DNA of 63,919 nucleotides from Chara braunii (GCA_003427395.1 BFEA01000045.1:1617264-1681182); one strand, 5' to 3'; numbered from the stretch's first letter, positions 1-12,876 are shown. Numbers and translations are program-made. The notes: generated by a model not told the origin, from the letters alone.

Positions 1-16
1 TTTTTTTTTTTTTTTT

Positions 17-104
17 CCCCCTACGGGGGGCCGGGGTCCCGGGTGCCGACCCCCGGAACCCCGGAACCCCGGCGGGGTCCCGGGGCCGGGGTTTGACAAC
101 CCTG
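17..104. mobile_element. Probable right terminus of a DNA transposon (GC-rich subterminal repeats ending ...GTTTGACAACCCTG)
   Basis: The reverse complement starts CAGGGTTGTCAAACCCCGG, a typical TIR-like start, and CCCCGG motifs are repeated. The partner TIR is not in the window. Confidence 0.35.
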
Positions 105-129
105 GCTAAAAAATTGTTAAGTTTTAAAA

Positions 130-3100
130 GAAGAAAAAAACGAAAAATATTTGTAATCTTCGGCGAAGTCTTTGGGAGGGCCAGTGGGTGGGAGACCCTT
201 TACTTCGAGGTTCCCGAAAAAGAAAAAGAAAAAAAAGAAAGTTTAATCTCCAGTGAAAGCTTGGGGAGGGTTGGTCGGTGGAAGACCCCGTAAAAATAGC
301 GAGGTTCCCGACGAAGAAAAAAAAGAAAAAAAAGTGTAAGCTTCGACAAAGCGTTGGGGAGAGTTGGCGGGTTGGAGGCGCACTAAAAATGGCCAAGTCC
401 CCGAAAAAGACAAAAAAGAAAAAAAAGTATAATATTCGGCGAAGGCTTCGAAAAGGTTGCTGGGTGGGAGGCAAAAAGAAAAAAAAGAAGTATAAGCTTC
501 GGTGAAACCTTGAGGAAAGTTGGTGGGTGGGAGACGCCCTAAGAACGGCTAAGTCCCCGAAGAAGAAAAATAAGAAAAAAACGTATAATATTCGGCGAAG
601 CTTTCGAGAGGGTTGCTGGGTGGGAAGCGTCTAAAAACAGACTATGTTTTCGAAGAAGAAAAAAAAGACAAAAAAAGTGTAATCTTCGGCGAAGGCTTGG
701 CTAGGTTTAGTGGGTGAGAGACCTTTAAGAAACAAATAAGTTCTCGAACAAGAAAAATAAGAAAATTAAGTGTAATCTTTGGCGAAACCTTGGGGAGGGT
801 TGATCGGTAGGAGACCTCCTGAAAACGGCTCAGTTTTTGAAGAAGGAAAAAAAGAAAAGGAAGTGTAATCTTCAGTGAAACCTTAGGGAAGGTTGGTGGG
901 TAGGGGGCTCCCATAAAAATGGCTAAGTTCCGAAAGAAGAAAAATAAGAAAAGGAAGAAAAAGAAGAAAAAAGAAAAAGAAGAAAAAAAAGTGTAGTCTT
1001 CGGTGAAGCCTTGGGGAGGGTTAGTGGGTGGGAGACGACCTAAGAACGGTTAAGTTCCCGAAGAAGAAAAATAAGAAAAAAAGTGTTATCTTTGGGGAAG
1101 CCTTGGAGAGGGTTGGTGGGTGGAAGACCCCCTAAAAAAGGTAAGTTCCTGAAAAAGGAAAAAAAAAAAAAAGTACAATCTTCGGCGAAGTCTTGGGGAG
1201 GGTTAGTGAGTGGGGGATCCCCTAAAAGTGGTTAAGTTTCTAAAGAAGAAAAAGAAGAAAAAGAAGTGTAATTTTCGGCGAAGCCTTGGGGAGGCTGGTT
1301 AGGTGGAAGATTCTCTAAAAACGACTTAGTTCTCGAATAAGAAAAATTACAAAAAGAAGTGTAATCTTCAGCGAAGCCTTGGGTAGGGTTAGTGGGTGGG
1401 AGACCCTTAAAAAACGGGTAAGTTTTTGAAGAAGAAAAATAAGAAAAACAAATGTAATCTTCGGTGACGCCTAAGGGACGGTTGGTGGGTGGGAGCCGAC
1501 TAGAAAGTGGTAAAGTTATCGAAGAAGAAAATTAGAAAAATAAGTGTAATATTCAGTGAAGCCTTGGGGAAGGTTAGAGGGTGGGAGACCTTTAAAAAAC
1601 GGCGAAGTTCCCGAATAAGAAAAATAAGACAAAGAAGTGTGATCTTCGGCGAAGCTTTGGGGAGGGTTGGTGGGTAGGAGGTTCCTAAAAACGACTAAGT
1701 TCCAGAAAAAGAAATAGAAGAAAAATAAGTGTGAGCTTCGACGAAGAGTTGGGGAGGGTTGGTGAGTGGAAGACCCTCTAAAAACGGCTTAGTTCCTGAA
1801 GAAGAAAAAAAACAAAAAGAAGTGTAATATTCGGCGAAGAGTTCGAGATGGTTGCTTGGTGAGAGGTGGCTAAAAACAGGCTAAGTTCCCGAAGAAAAAG
1901 AAAAGAAAAAAAAATGTAATCTTCAGCGAAGCTTTGGGTAGGATTAGTGGGTGAGAGACCCTTAAAAAACGACCAAGTTCCCGAAGAAGAGAAGAAAAGA
2001 AAAAGAAGTGTAATCTTCGCCGAGGTTGCTGGTGAGGAGACCTCTTGAAAACGACTGAGTCCCCGAAGAAGAAAAAGAAGAAAAGAAAGTGAATTGTTCG
2101 GCGAAGCCTTGGATAGGGTCGTTGTGTGGAAGACCTTCTAAAAATGACTAAGTTCTTGAAGAAGAAAAAAACAAAAAAAAAGTGTAATCTTCCGTGAAGC
2201 CTTGGGGAGGGTTGTTGGGTGGGAAACCCCTTGAAAACGACTAAGTTCTCGACGAAAAAAAAAGGAAAAATAAAAAAAAGAAGTGTAATCTTTGATGAAG
2301 CCTTGGGAAGGGTTACTAGGTGGGACCAGACTAGAAAATGGTTAAGTTCATTACGAAGAAAAAAAAAAAAAAAGTGTAATCTTCGGCGAAGCCTTGGAGA
2401 GGGTTGGAGGGTAGGAGAGCCTTTAAAAACGGCGAAGTTCCCGAAGAAGAAAAATAAGAAAAAAAAGTGTAATCTTCGTCGAAGCCTTGGGAGGGTTGGT
2501 GGGTGGGAGACCCCTAAAAATGACCAAGTTCCCGAAGAAGAAAAAAAAGAAATATAAGTGTAAACTTTGGTGAAGCCTTGGGGAGGGTTGGTGGGTGGGA
2601 GACTCCCTAAGAATGACTAACTTCCCAAAGAAGAAAATAAGAAAAATAAGTGTAATATTCTGTGAAGCCTTCGAAAGGGTTGTTGGGTGGAACGCGGCTA
2701 AAAACAAGCTAAGTTCCCGAAGAATAAAAAAAAGAAAAAGAAAAAAATAAAATAAAATAAGTGTAATGTTCGACGAAGCTTCGGGTAGGGTTAGTGGGTG
2801 GGAAACCCTTAGGAAACGACCAGGTTCCCGAAGAAGAAAAAGAAGAAAAATAAGTGTAATCTTCGACGAACCCTTGGGAGGGTTGATAGGTAGGAGTCCT
2901 CCTGAAAACGGTTGAGTTCCCGAAGAAGAAAAAAAAAAAAAGGAAGTGTAATGTTCGGCGAAACCTTGAATAGGGTTGCTTGGTGAAAGGAAAACCCTCT
3001 AAAAACGACTAAGTTCTCGAGGAAGAAAAAAAACAAAAAGAAGTGTAATATTTTGCGAAACCTTGGGGAGGGTTGCTGGGTGGGAGTCCTCCTAAAAACG

Positions 3101-3295
3101 ACTAAGTTCCCGAAGAAGAAAAATAAGAAAAAAAAGTGTAATCTTCAGTAAAGCCTTGGGGAGGGTTGGTGGGTGGGAGACCTCTAAAAACGGCTAAGCT
3201 CTCGGAGAAGAAAAATAAGTGTGACCATCGGCGAAGCCTTGGGGAGGGTTAGAGGGTGGGAAACCCTTTAAAAACGGCGAAGTTCCCAAATAAGA
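130..3295 (+). repeat. Tandem satellite, ~115-125 bp unit, roughly 27 copies
   Basis: Recurring unit AAGTGTAATCTTCGGCGAAGCCTTGGGGAGGGTTGGTGGGTGGGAGACCCCTAAAAACGACTAAGTTCCCGAAGAAG plus an A-rich tail of variable length. Confidence 0.95.
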
Positions 3296-3311
3296 AAATA
3301 AAATAAAATAA

Positions 3312-3342
3312 AACATGTTATTCGTTAAAATAGGACATTATA
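3312..3342 (+). repeat. Left terminal inverted repeat
   Basis: AACATGTTATTCGTTAAAATAGGACATTATA; reverse complement of 34234-34264 with one mismatch. Confidence 0.8.
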
Positions 3343-3389
3343 CTGTGTCCTCTTTCTAACGAATTCATTTTTGGCTGCATTCTAAGCAA

Positions 3390-4210
3390 CGTAGGCACGC
3401 CCATCCAGAACTTAACCACATGCAGAAGTGTGCTGAGATCCGTACTTGTGAAACTTTATAAATGATATCCCAAATGAGGAAGCGTGCTCAGACCCGTATA
3501 TGTTAGGCACGCCGCACGGGAACCTTGTGCGGAAGTGTGCTGGGATCCTTACTTGTCGAACTTCAAAAACGTGGTAGTGTTGGGAATCCTGTGCGGAAGT
3601 GTGCTGGGATCCGTACTTGTTAAACTTCATAAACGAATAACGATAGGCACGCCCATCAGGGAACTTTATGCGGAAGTGTGCTGGGATCCGTACTTGTTGA
3701 ACTTCAAAGTCGTGTTGGGAATCCTGTGCGGAAGTGTGCTCGGATCCGTACTTATTAAACTTCATAAACGAATAACGATAGGCGCGCCCATCAGGGAACC
3801 CTGTGCGGAAGTGTGATGGGATCCGTACTTGTTAAACTTCAAGTTCATAATTGTGATGAACAAGGTGTCATGATTGCATCATCGTTGGATAATTAGTTTA
3901 GAGGACGTAGAGTAGCAATAGGCACGCCGATCCGGGAAGCCTGTGCGATAGTGTGTCGGGATCCACCCTTGTCAAACTTCAAGTTTGTAAATGTGATGAG
4001 CAAGGTGTCATGATTGAATCCTTGTTGGATAATACATTTGTTTCGGTTATGCGTAAGTTGTACATGCATGACAATCATCTCGCCCGAGGCGGTTGTTTGG
4101 ATGTTGTTGAGATTCAGACTTCTTTATAATACTTAGTGTCCGTAAAATACGCACACCATCTCGCCGGATGTGCAAAAATGTGATGAGATCCATACTTGTT
4201 TACAATTGTG
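3390..4210 (+). repeat. Subterminal tandem repeats (~60-65 bp subunits)
   Basis: Repeated GGGAA(C/T)CCTGTGCGGAAGTGTGCTGGGATCCGTACTTG..AACTTC, decaying rightwards. Confidence 0.85.
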
Positions 4211-4803
4211 ATGAGCCAGGTGTCATGATTGCATCATTGTTCGACATGTATGCTTTGAACAATGAGACATTCGAAACTTCAAGTAATGTAACAGTCACAG
4301 TAGCAGTCGAAGTACAAACAATTATTTTTGACATACAATTTCTTTTTCCCGGTCACGAATGCAAAATTGTCGGTTATATGCAATTCAGGCGGTCACAAGT
4401 ACATGATTCTCTGTGCACACAAGAGACGTGATGTCAGTGGTTTTTGACTCCTTGCATAACGAACCTCACACTCACACACTCGCCGAGATTTGTCTTGCAT
4501 CCACACTCCAATTCGTCATGTCGCACCACACACACGAATATCGTTTCGATGTGAATTATATGCACAACTCTGGATGACCTGGATACAATTTGAAACGAGG
4601 AATGCAATGGGACGAATTTAATGGCACGACAGACAAGCGGGACCTGACAGAGATTCCAAAGTCAACATGCGATGCCAGACTGGCAGTCAGCATACCAAAG
4701 ACAACTGAAACTCGCAACAACAAAAGAAAGTAATGTCGTTGTGAAAGCGACAGTTAAAATATGAAATATTCTGAAACGAAAGTTTGCAAATCAATCGAAT
4801 CCA

Positions 4804-5364
4804 TCAAAGACAACGGCATTCCAAGATACATGATGCCAATTGTCGTCTAATATGTGGAACATTTTTACAAGAGAACCTGAAAGGTGGTCGATCGCCACAC
4901 TGCAACAGTGTCGCAAACATCAACATAAACACCCCCCAACTAACTCCATCCACTTGTCTTGGAATTCCCTCTATAACAACATTTGTTGCTACCGACTTCC
5001 AACTCCTACACGACCGCGCATGTAATGTTTGACATTCCAAATAGTGTACGATTAACTCGAGAACACTAAGGTAAAAACTAGAATCGGCTACAACGCGAGG
5101 AAAAAAATCGAAAATCTCAAGAACATTATCTCTCAAGTTCACGGAAAGGAGGATCCAGTGATCATTATCTTTGTGGACTGGAACAAATATAATATCGTAT
5201 TGAAGCAGATCCACGTTTTTGGCCCATCTTTCCACCCCGCCGTGTCCTTGAAGTTGCAGTTTACTGAAGAAGAAAGAACTAAAGTTGAAGACTCGAAGGC
5301 CAGACGGGATGTCACGTATCCCGTATGCGGTCGTCCCCAATAGCGCAATGTAAGTCTCACTCAC
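4804..5364 (-). pseudogene. Ulp1/SENP-like C48 cysteine peptidase domain, probably inactive
   Basis: Motifs VFNFSSFF..KL, RWAKNVDL, IFVPVH..DHWILL, IFD, IPRQxDGxS(W)GVF. The catalytic Cys position after Q-x-D-G-x-S is TGG (Trp). Confidence 0.85.
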
Positions 5365-7720
5365 ACGGGTGGCTCAACTCTCACATGATGGCATTCCGTT
5401 TCAAACTTGGTTGCATTCATGAGTCATGAGCATATGTTTCAACAAGTCTCACTCACATATATGGCTCAACTCTCACATGATCACATTCCGATTCATACTT
5501 GGTTGATCTTTCCTCTATGTGCACGTGTTTCAATAGTTCAAACATCACATTGTCAAGTTCATGTGTGTTTTAGTGTTCCGGTTCATACTTAATTCATCTC
5601 TCCTCCATGTGCATGTGCTTTTCACTAGTTCAATCTTGACATTGTCAAGTTCATGTGTGTTGTAGTGTTCCGATTCATCACTTGGTTGCTCTCTCCTCCA
5701 TGTGCATGTACCTTTCACTAGTTCAATCTTCACATTGTCAAGTTCATGTGTGTTGTAGTGTTCCGTTTCATACTTAGTTGATTTTTTCTCCATGTGCATG
5801 TGTTTTTCACTAGTTCAATCTTCACATTGTCAAGTTCATGTGCGTTGTAGTGTTCCGATTCATCACTTGGTTGCTCTCTCCTCCATGTGCATGTACCTTT
5901 CACTAGTTCAATCTTCACATTGTCAAGTTCATGTGTGTTGTAGTGTTCCGGTTCGTATTTAATTGATCTCTCCTCCATGTACATGTGCTTTTCACTAGTT
6001 CAATCTTCAAATTGTCAAGTTCATGTGTGTTGTAGTGTTCCGATTCATCACTTGGTTGCTCTCTCCTCCATGTGCATGTACCTTTCACTAGTTCAGTCTT
6101 CACATTGTCAAGTTCATGTGTGTTGTAGTGTTTCAGTTCATACTCAGTTGATCGTTTCTCCATGTGCATGTGTTTTTCACTAGTTCAATTTTCACATTGT
6201 CAAGTTCATGTGTGTTGTAGTGTTCCGGTTCGTATTTAGTTGATCTCTCCTCCATGTGCATGGGTTTTTCATTAGTTCAATCTTCACATTGTCAAGTTCA
6301 TGTGTGTTGTAGTGTTCCGATTCATCACTTGGTTACTCTCTCCTCCATGTGCATGTACCTTTCACTAGTTCGATCTTCACATTGTCAAGTTCATGTGTGT
6401 TGTAGTGTTTCGATTCATACTTAGTTGATCTCTCCTCCATGTGCATATGTCTTTCACTAGTTCAATCTTCACATTATCAAGTTCATGGGTGTTGAAGTGT
6501 TCTGACTCATACTTAGTTGATCTTTCGTCTATGTGCATGTGTTTCAATAGTTCAAACTTCACATTGTCAAGTTTATGTGTGTTGTAGTGTCCCGGTTCAT
6601 ACTTAGTTGATGTCTCCTCCATGTGCATGTATTTTTCACTAGTTCAATCTTCATATTGTCAAGTTCATGTGTGTTGTAGTGTCCTGGTTCATAGTTAGTT
6701 GATCTCTCCTTTATGTGCATGTACCTTTCACTAGTTCAATCTTCACATTGTTAAGTTCAGGTGTGTTGTAGTGTTCTGACTCATACTTAGTTGATCTCTC
6801 CTCCATGTGCATGTGTTTTTCACTAGTTCAATCTTCACATTGTCAAGTTCATGTGTGTTGTAGTGTTCCGGTTCATATTTAGTTTATATCTTTTCTATGT
6901 GCATGTGTTTTTCACTAGTTCAATCTTTACATTGTCAAGTTCATGTGCGTTGTAATGTTCCGGTTCATACTTAGTTGATCTCTCCTCCATGTGCATGTAC
7001 CTTTCACTAGTTCAATCTTCACATTGTCAAGTTAATGTGTGTTGTGGTGTTCCGGTTCATACTTAGTTGATCTCTCATCCATGTGCATGTGCTTTTCACT
7101 AGTTCAATCTTCAAAGTGTCAAGTTAATGTGTGTTTTAGTGTTCCGGTTCATACTTAGTTGATCTCTCCTCCATGTGCATGTATTTTTCATTAATTCAAT
7201 CTTCACATGACCAAGTTCATGTGTGTTGTAGTGTTCCGGTTCATCACTTGGTTGCTCTCTCCTCCATGTGCATGTGTTTTTCACTAGTTCAATCTTCAAA
7301 TTGTCAAACTCAAGTGTGTTGTAGTGTTCCGGTTCATCACTTGGTTGCTCTCTCCTCCATGTGCATGTGCCTTTTCACTAGTTCAATCTTCACATTGTCA
7401 AGTTCATGTGTATTGTAGTGTTCTGGTTCCTACTTAGTTCCTCTTATACTCATGTGAATGTGCTCCACTCGTTCTTTGTCAAGTTCAAGCATGTGTTGGT
7501 GTTCCAGTTCTTACTTAGTTGCTCTTCTACCCGTGTGAATGTGTTCCACTAGTTCAACCTTCACTTTGTCAAAGTTCAAGCATGTGTTGATGTTCCGGTT
7601 CATACTTAGTTGCTCTTCTACTCATGTGAATGTGTTTCACTAGTTCGACCTTCACTTTGTCAAAGTTCAAGCATGTGTTGATGTTCCAGTTCACACTTAG
7701 TTGCTCTTTCACTATGGAAT
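5350..7720. repeat. Tandem minisatellite, 92-93 bp unit, >20 copies, locally a 185-bp dimer
   Basis: Unit CACATTGTCAAGTTCATGTGTGTTGTAGTGTTCCGGTTCATACTTAGTTGATCTCTCCTCCATGTGCATG..TTTCACTAGTTCAATCTT. ORFs recur at 5545, 5730 and 5915. Confidence 0.95.
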
Positions 7721-7809
7721 GGGTGACTGACATTTAACTGCTACTACTATGGGATGGGTGACCGGCGTCTGGCTGCTACTACGAGGTGATGATTTGATTA
7801 GGACTAGAA

Positions 7810-8050
7810 GTCTCTTTCTCTCTATCTCTCTCTCTCCCTCTCTCTCTCACTCTTTCTCTATCTCTTTCTTTTTTCTTTCTCTCTCCCTCTCTCTCTCTCT
7901 CTTCTTTTCCCCCTCAGTCTTTCCTTTCTCTCTCCCCTTCTTTCTCGCATCTACATCTTGCCCTCTCTCTCTCTTTCCACCCCACTCTTTCTCTCTCTCT
8001 CCCCTTCTCTCTCGCATCTTCATCTTGCCCTCTCTCTCCCTTCCCCTCAC
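7810..8050. repeat. CT-rich low-complexity tract
   Basis: Degenerate (CT)n. Confidence 0.9.
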
Positions 8051-10743
8051 TTGGCATGTGACTAACTCTCTTTCCCTCACTTGTTACATTGCCAGGGAGT
8101 GAACGGTAAAAAAAATCAGACCTCACTTGGTGGAAAAAAAGGGCAAGGGAAGGGTAGCCGGTCCCTTGTGCCGCCACGAAGGCAAAGGAAATGACATTTG
8201 AAAAAGTGGAAAAAGGCGGAAGCGGGAAGAAAGTATAAGTTAAAGCAAGGTTAGTTTGACTCAACTATTTTCTCGACTGTATGACTACAAGAAGAGAATG
8301 GGCTGATTGAGCACAAAGAGAAGCCTAAGGGAAAAGAAAAGATAGGCAAGCGGGAAGGGCCATGTGTTGACCCCCAATGGGGGATTGTACCGGTTTTTGC
8401 TTGTGTGAGATTGTGCAGGTGAGTAAAGGCTTGGGATGCATTTAGCGGGATAGGGCCGGGAGAAACTGGACGGCGAAGGGAAGAGGAAGAGGGGCAAAGG
8501 GGCTAAGGGACCCCTAGCATAAAACCAATCCATGAAAGTGATCTTTGCATTTGTGTCCTGGAATGTGAATGAAAGAAGGAAGTGCAAACTTGCTAAGTGA
8601 GATGTGAAGTTGTCTGTGCATGCATGTAAAGACCCCGAAAAGACTAAGGAGTCTGCGTCAATAACGATGGGTGAGATGCTTTGGACTCGAGGGGTGCGTA
8701 GGGGCGAGGGTGAAGACGGTATCGCCGCACCCCGATGGCACCGTATAATTCCGATGCTTAGGGAAATGGTGCGCGGTCTAAGGATGACGCTTAGCCTACG
8801 CACAAGAGAAGAAAAACTCTCAAAGAACCCCTGGATTGCCTGTGTATTGGAAGGAGCAATTGCTTGAAAACACAACTAAGAATATAAAAAATCAGCGTTG
8901 CGGAACGACCAGCCAGACTACCACCCGGCGTGAGAGCTGAGCTATGTCCCTAATGTCAAAGCTCTCTCTCGCAATGACCCACCCCCATCCATCTCAAAGC
9001 ACTAGGTGGGGGTGACCCTGGGACGAACGGCCCGCGCCTTGAGCATGAGTGTGGGTGGGCCGAGCCAAATGAGACCCGCAGTGGGGTCGACCAAGGCTCG
9101 AAAGTCTACCGGGGTTCGCCCTACAAAAAATGGTGGAGGTGACGGGCATGGGGTTAAACTGACCCTTGCGATTCCCAAGGGGGCGCCTGACGCATTGACG
9201 TATACACAATCAAAGATAAGGAAATTGGACTTGTGCTTGCTCTTTCCCTTGTGAGAATCAGATTTGCGAGTGGCTGGGCGCATGGCATAGCTAGGCCTGG
9301 AGGTATAACATGCGTGCCATGCATCCAGTGCTGGTGTTCGCCAGTCCGGGGAAGCTTTGGGCAAGTCGCAGGTCGACCCTTCCTCTTTGTATGAAAGAAG
9401 GGCTCCGGTTACCTGTCAGACGGTTGGTGCTTCGGCTTCAGCTGGGTTCCAATAAAAATCCCACGGCGGAGTGATCCGACCGAATGAGTGCCCTTCTCTC
9501 TCCTTTTTTGAGCCCAGCGGGCTCATGCACTATACACATTGAAATGCTTGAAGGAACCAACATGAACACAACGAGTCATCAAGAAGGAATAATCCCTCCC
9601 TATGAAAGGACAGACAAATGAAGAGAAAGGAAATGAAGGGAGTTGCTAGACTCCAAGGAAAACTAGCTCACCCTCGAAGATTCTCACGAGAAGGAACCAA
9701 CCACTGTGTATGGAAGTAGGGGGAGTGACACTCATTGTCTTGAGAGAAAATTGTGAGCTATGGATAGGAAGCGCTGCTGGGTGCACCAAGGGAAAGGCAC
9801 TTGTACTATATGTCTCCCACTTGGGACTTGTGACTTGCATGATGGGATTTGAGCATCCTGCCTTTCGGAAGGAAAGGATGGGTCTGCACCGGCCGGTGCG
9901 GGTTGCAAAACGCCGCTCTCTTTAAAGTTCGCCGGGTTTCGTGTGTGGAGGTCAGGCCACCGAGCTGTCGAACGGGAGTCTGTCTGGCCCGTTGATTAGT
10001 AGCATTCTCGCCTGGGCAGTCCGAACTTGGCTCGATGATCTTGCCTGGACGGGGTGCGAAATATTTTCTTAGGCAGGGCTTAGCCTGTTGACTGGCGGGG
10101 GGAGTACTACTGCATGAGGGGCAAGGAAGGAACCTCGGAGACGATTAGTAGCTTCCCGTAGCACGGCTTGGGAAAGGCTGATTCTTGTCGGACCGATGGA
10201 AGTGAATGCCCGGACGAATGACTATTGCTCCTAACGGGGTGCGCGGGATGATTCCCGGTACCAACGAGGGTATGTAAGAGGCAAAACGGGATGGGGTATT
10301 TTGGGCGAATGGAGAGGGGTAACACCCTGTGTCGGAGCCTAGGTACCGCGCTCGCGACGGTTGAGTTGCGCTTGAGGTATGGGATAAAACTCTACCGATA
10401 GTACCAGCGGAGAGACCATATTGGGATAGGCCGGTGAGGAGATGACCGGCCCGTATGTGAGATTGTCTGATGTTTTTAATGTATTCCTCCTCTGTAATGA
10501 TTGAATGAGCTTGGACTGTTGGGCGGATATAATTCTAAGTCTATTCTCACCTCCCCATCTAAGTCCACACGAGTGAGAGATGATTGGAAGAAAGGAGGAT
10601 AGAGGTCAGTTGAAATGGAACCAAGAGAAAGAATGGTGGGTAGTGAATGCCCGACCGAGGATACTATGGGAAGAAGGTACTTAGGGATAGGGAGGTAAAT
10701 GAGGGAGACCTTGATGAGGGGTCTGAAATAATTCTCATCTAGG

Positions 10744-11628
10744 ATGTGGGTTGACCTGACCGGAAGGACCGTTGGTACTCTCTTATGGAAACAGGGGTCG
10801 GGTGCAAGAAACAAGATGGTGCGGTGGTTGTCATCCCCGATCTATACCAGCGGTCGGGAAATGGCAGTAGATGTAAAGGATGGGGTATCGGTCGTCCTTC
10901 CGGAAGATGGGACGTGGACAGATTTTGAGCCGGTATATCTAACCGTAATGCTGGAAGAGGAGGACACGTTTCTTTGGATAGAAACGATATGGACTAATGT
11001 AAGCTTGACGAGGTTGTCGCTAAGTTTAATGGATTTGGAGTTCCGAGGGACAGTGGAAGCCCGGGGGTGGGTCTACTTGTTGCAAGATGGGGAGGACGCT
11101 ATGGTCATAGATTTGGTGTTAGGAAATACGTCGGACGAATTGATTACGAAGGCGGAAAGGGAGGTTGTATGGGTCGCATGTCAGCGGGTGGAAATGGAAA
11201 TGGAAAGGGTAGATGTGCGAGTGGAACTCGGGGATAGAGGAAGCGTGAGGCGACCCGTCAGGACCATGCGGTGTGAGCTGCCTCCCTTTCTGGTGGATGC
11301 GGTCTTTGGAACCCGGAGCAGGCTAGTACGGATATGCCAGTCCATGGCGACCATCGGGCTATACCAATGCGCCAGGCAGGACTTCTTTCGGTTGTCGGTA
11401 GAAATGAAACCGTTTGAAGGGAATTGGGTGGAGGAGCTGGCCGAGATGCTAAACTGCCTTAGCATAGACAATGTCTTCATCCCTAGCTTTGTGCATTGGG
11501 GGATAGTCTACAAGAATGTGGCAGTAGGGAAGACATTCCTTGAACGTGTGAGGGAATTGTTCTATAACGAAGAGGACGACTTCAGTGACGAAGACGAAGG
11601 GGATGAGATAGAGGATTGTGACTTCTAA
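10744..11628 (+). CDS. Hypothetical acidic protein (294 aa), no family recognised
   Basis: Uninterrupted, protein-like ORF with an acidic C-terminal tail (EEDDFSDEDEGDEIED); the longest non-transposase, non-gap ORF in the window. Confidence 0.5.
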   Translation: MWVDLTGRTVGTLLWKQGSGARNKMVRWLSSPIYTSGREMAVDVKDGVSVVLPEDGTWTDFEPVYLTVMLEEEDTFLWIETIWTNVSLTRLSLSLMDLEFRGTVEARGWVYLLQDGEDAMVIDLVLGNTSDELITKAEREVVWVACQRVEMEMERVDVRVELGDRGSVRRPVRTMRCELPPFLVDAVFGTRSRLVRICQSMATIGLYQCARQDFFRLSVEMKPFEGNWVEELAEMLNCLSIDNVFIPSFVHWGIVYKNVAVGKTFLERVRELFYNEEDDFSDEDEGDEIEDCDF

Positions 11629-11859
11629 GGTGGGGGACTTATTTAGGGAGACTGAGTGGCCTGGCATTGTGCAGGACGGGGAAAGATGACTCGAGAAGAA
11701 TTGCTGATGGACTGCACTTTCAAGGGATGGGAATCAAGACGACTCAGAGGGGGAATACAAATGCGTATATGAGCAGAAAACGAATGAAGGGGGACCACGT
11801 ACGACTGGGTCGGATTTGAAGTTGGCAAGTTGCCCCGGGATTATCATACGTATGGATAG

Positions 11860-12236
11860 AGCGGATTTGGAACCCAATAAGGGAAGAGGAAGGTTGGGAT
11901 GAGATAGCGGAAGACAGAGTGGATTCGGTCGGAACGGTTGTTCTCTCCGAAGACGGATGGCGCCTATTCTGCACTATGATAACAACGGGATAGGATCCAA
12001 TGTGGCTTCTAGGGAATGAGGAGGCGCGAACCCGAAGGGAGGGCGAGAGGTTCGTCAACGAAGGATGGGATGAAGTCAGTAGTAGAGTTGTAATGGGGGG
12101 ATGGAAGGAAGTCAAGCCTCCCAGCCTGCGGACGACAGCTTGGGTACCTGAGTTCGTGGCCGACTGGTTTGGGGGTTTCGACCATATCTTGGATGTGGTC
12201 GACTCCATGAAGGAGACACATATAGAATGTGCCTGA
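11860..12236 (+). pseudogene. Decayed probable paralogue of the 10744-11628 ORF
   Basis: The frame of ORF 12000-12236 extends upstream through one TAG. DSVGTVVLSEDGW resembles KDGVSVVLPEDGTW, and VPEFVADWFGG resembles LPPFLVDAVFG. Confidence 0.4.
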
Positions 12237-12330
12237 CTGACTGAGGAATTCTATAAGACCTCGTTGAAATACGGGCCCTTCTACGGTGATAAGGTATGAC
12301 GGCCTAGAGGTAGACGCGGCAGCCTGAGAT

Positions 12331-12825
12331 GCCTCCACCAATCAGGCAAGTTCCACTATTGATTATTTTCTCTCTCGCTCCTCTAATAATAATAATGATA
12401 ATAATAATAATAATAATAATAATAACTATAATAATCGTATAATAAAAAAAATAATAGTAATGATAATAATAATCATAATAATTATAATAATAACAATAAT
12501 AACGTATAACATCAAACTTCAACAATCAAACAGTATCATACATACGAGACCAGATAGTATTGACCTCGAGCTGTCAGTAGAACTGCATCACGAGATTCAC
12601 CAGATAGGAACACACCAAGAATTCATGACTGGCAATGCTGAAATAATCCCATCATCATCGCCAATGAAGATGGGATTATTTCAACATTGCCAGTCATGAA
12701 TTTTTGGTGTGTTTCTATCTGATGAATGTCGTGATGCAGTTCTACTGATAGCTCGAGGTCAAGACTATCTGGTATCGTATGTACGATACTGTTTGATTGT
12801 TGAAGTTTGGTGTTATACGTTATTA

Positions 12826-12876
<51 letters not shown>

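Noticed and set aside
93-3036. Lys-rich or Phe-rich ORFs
   Set aside because: Chance translations of the satellite's A-tracts.
9397-9498. Twister or hairpin ribozyme
   Set aside because: Partial resemblance only; lacks the UAA/GC/AAGC twister core and the hairpin-ribozyme loop consensus.
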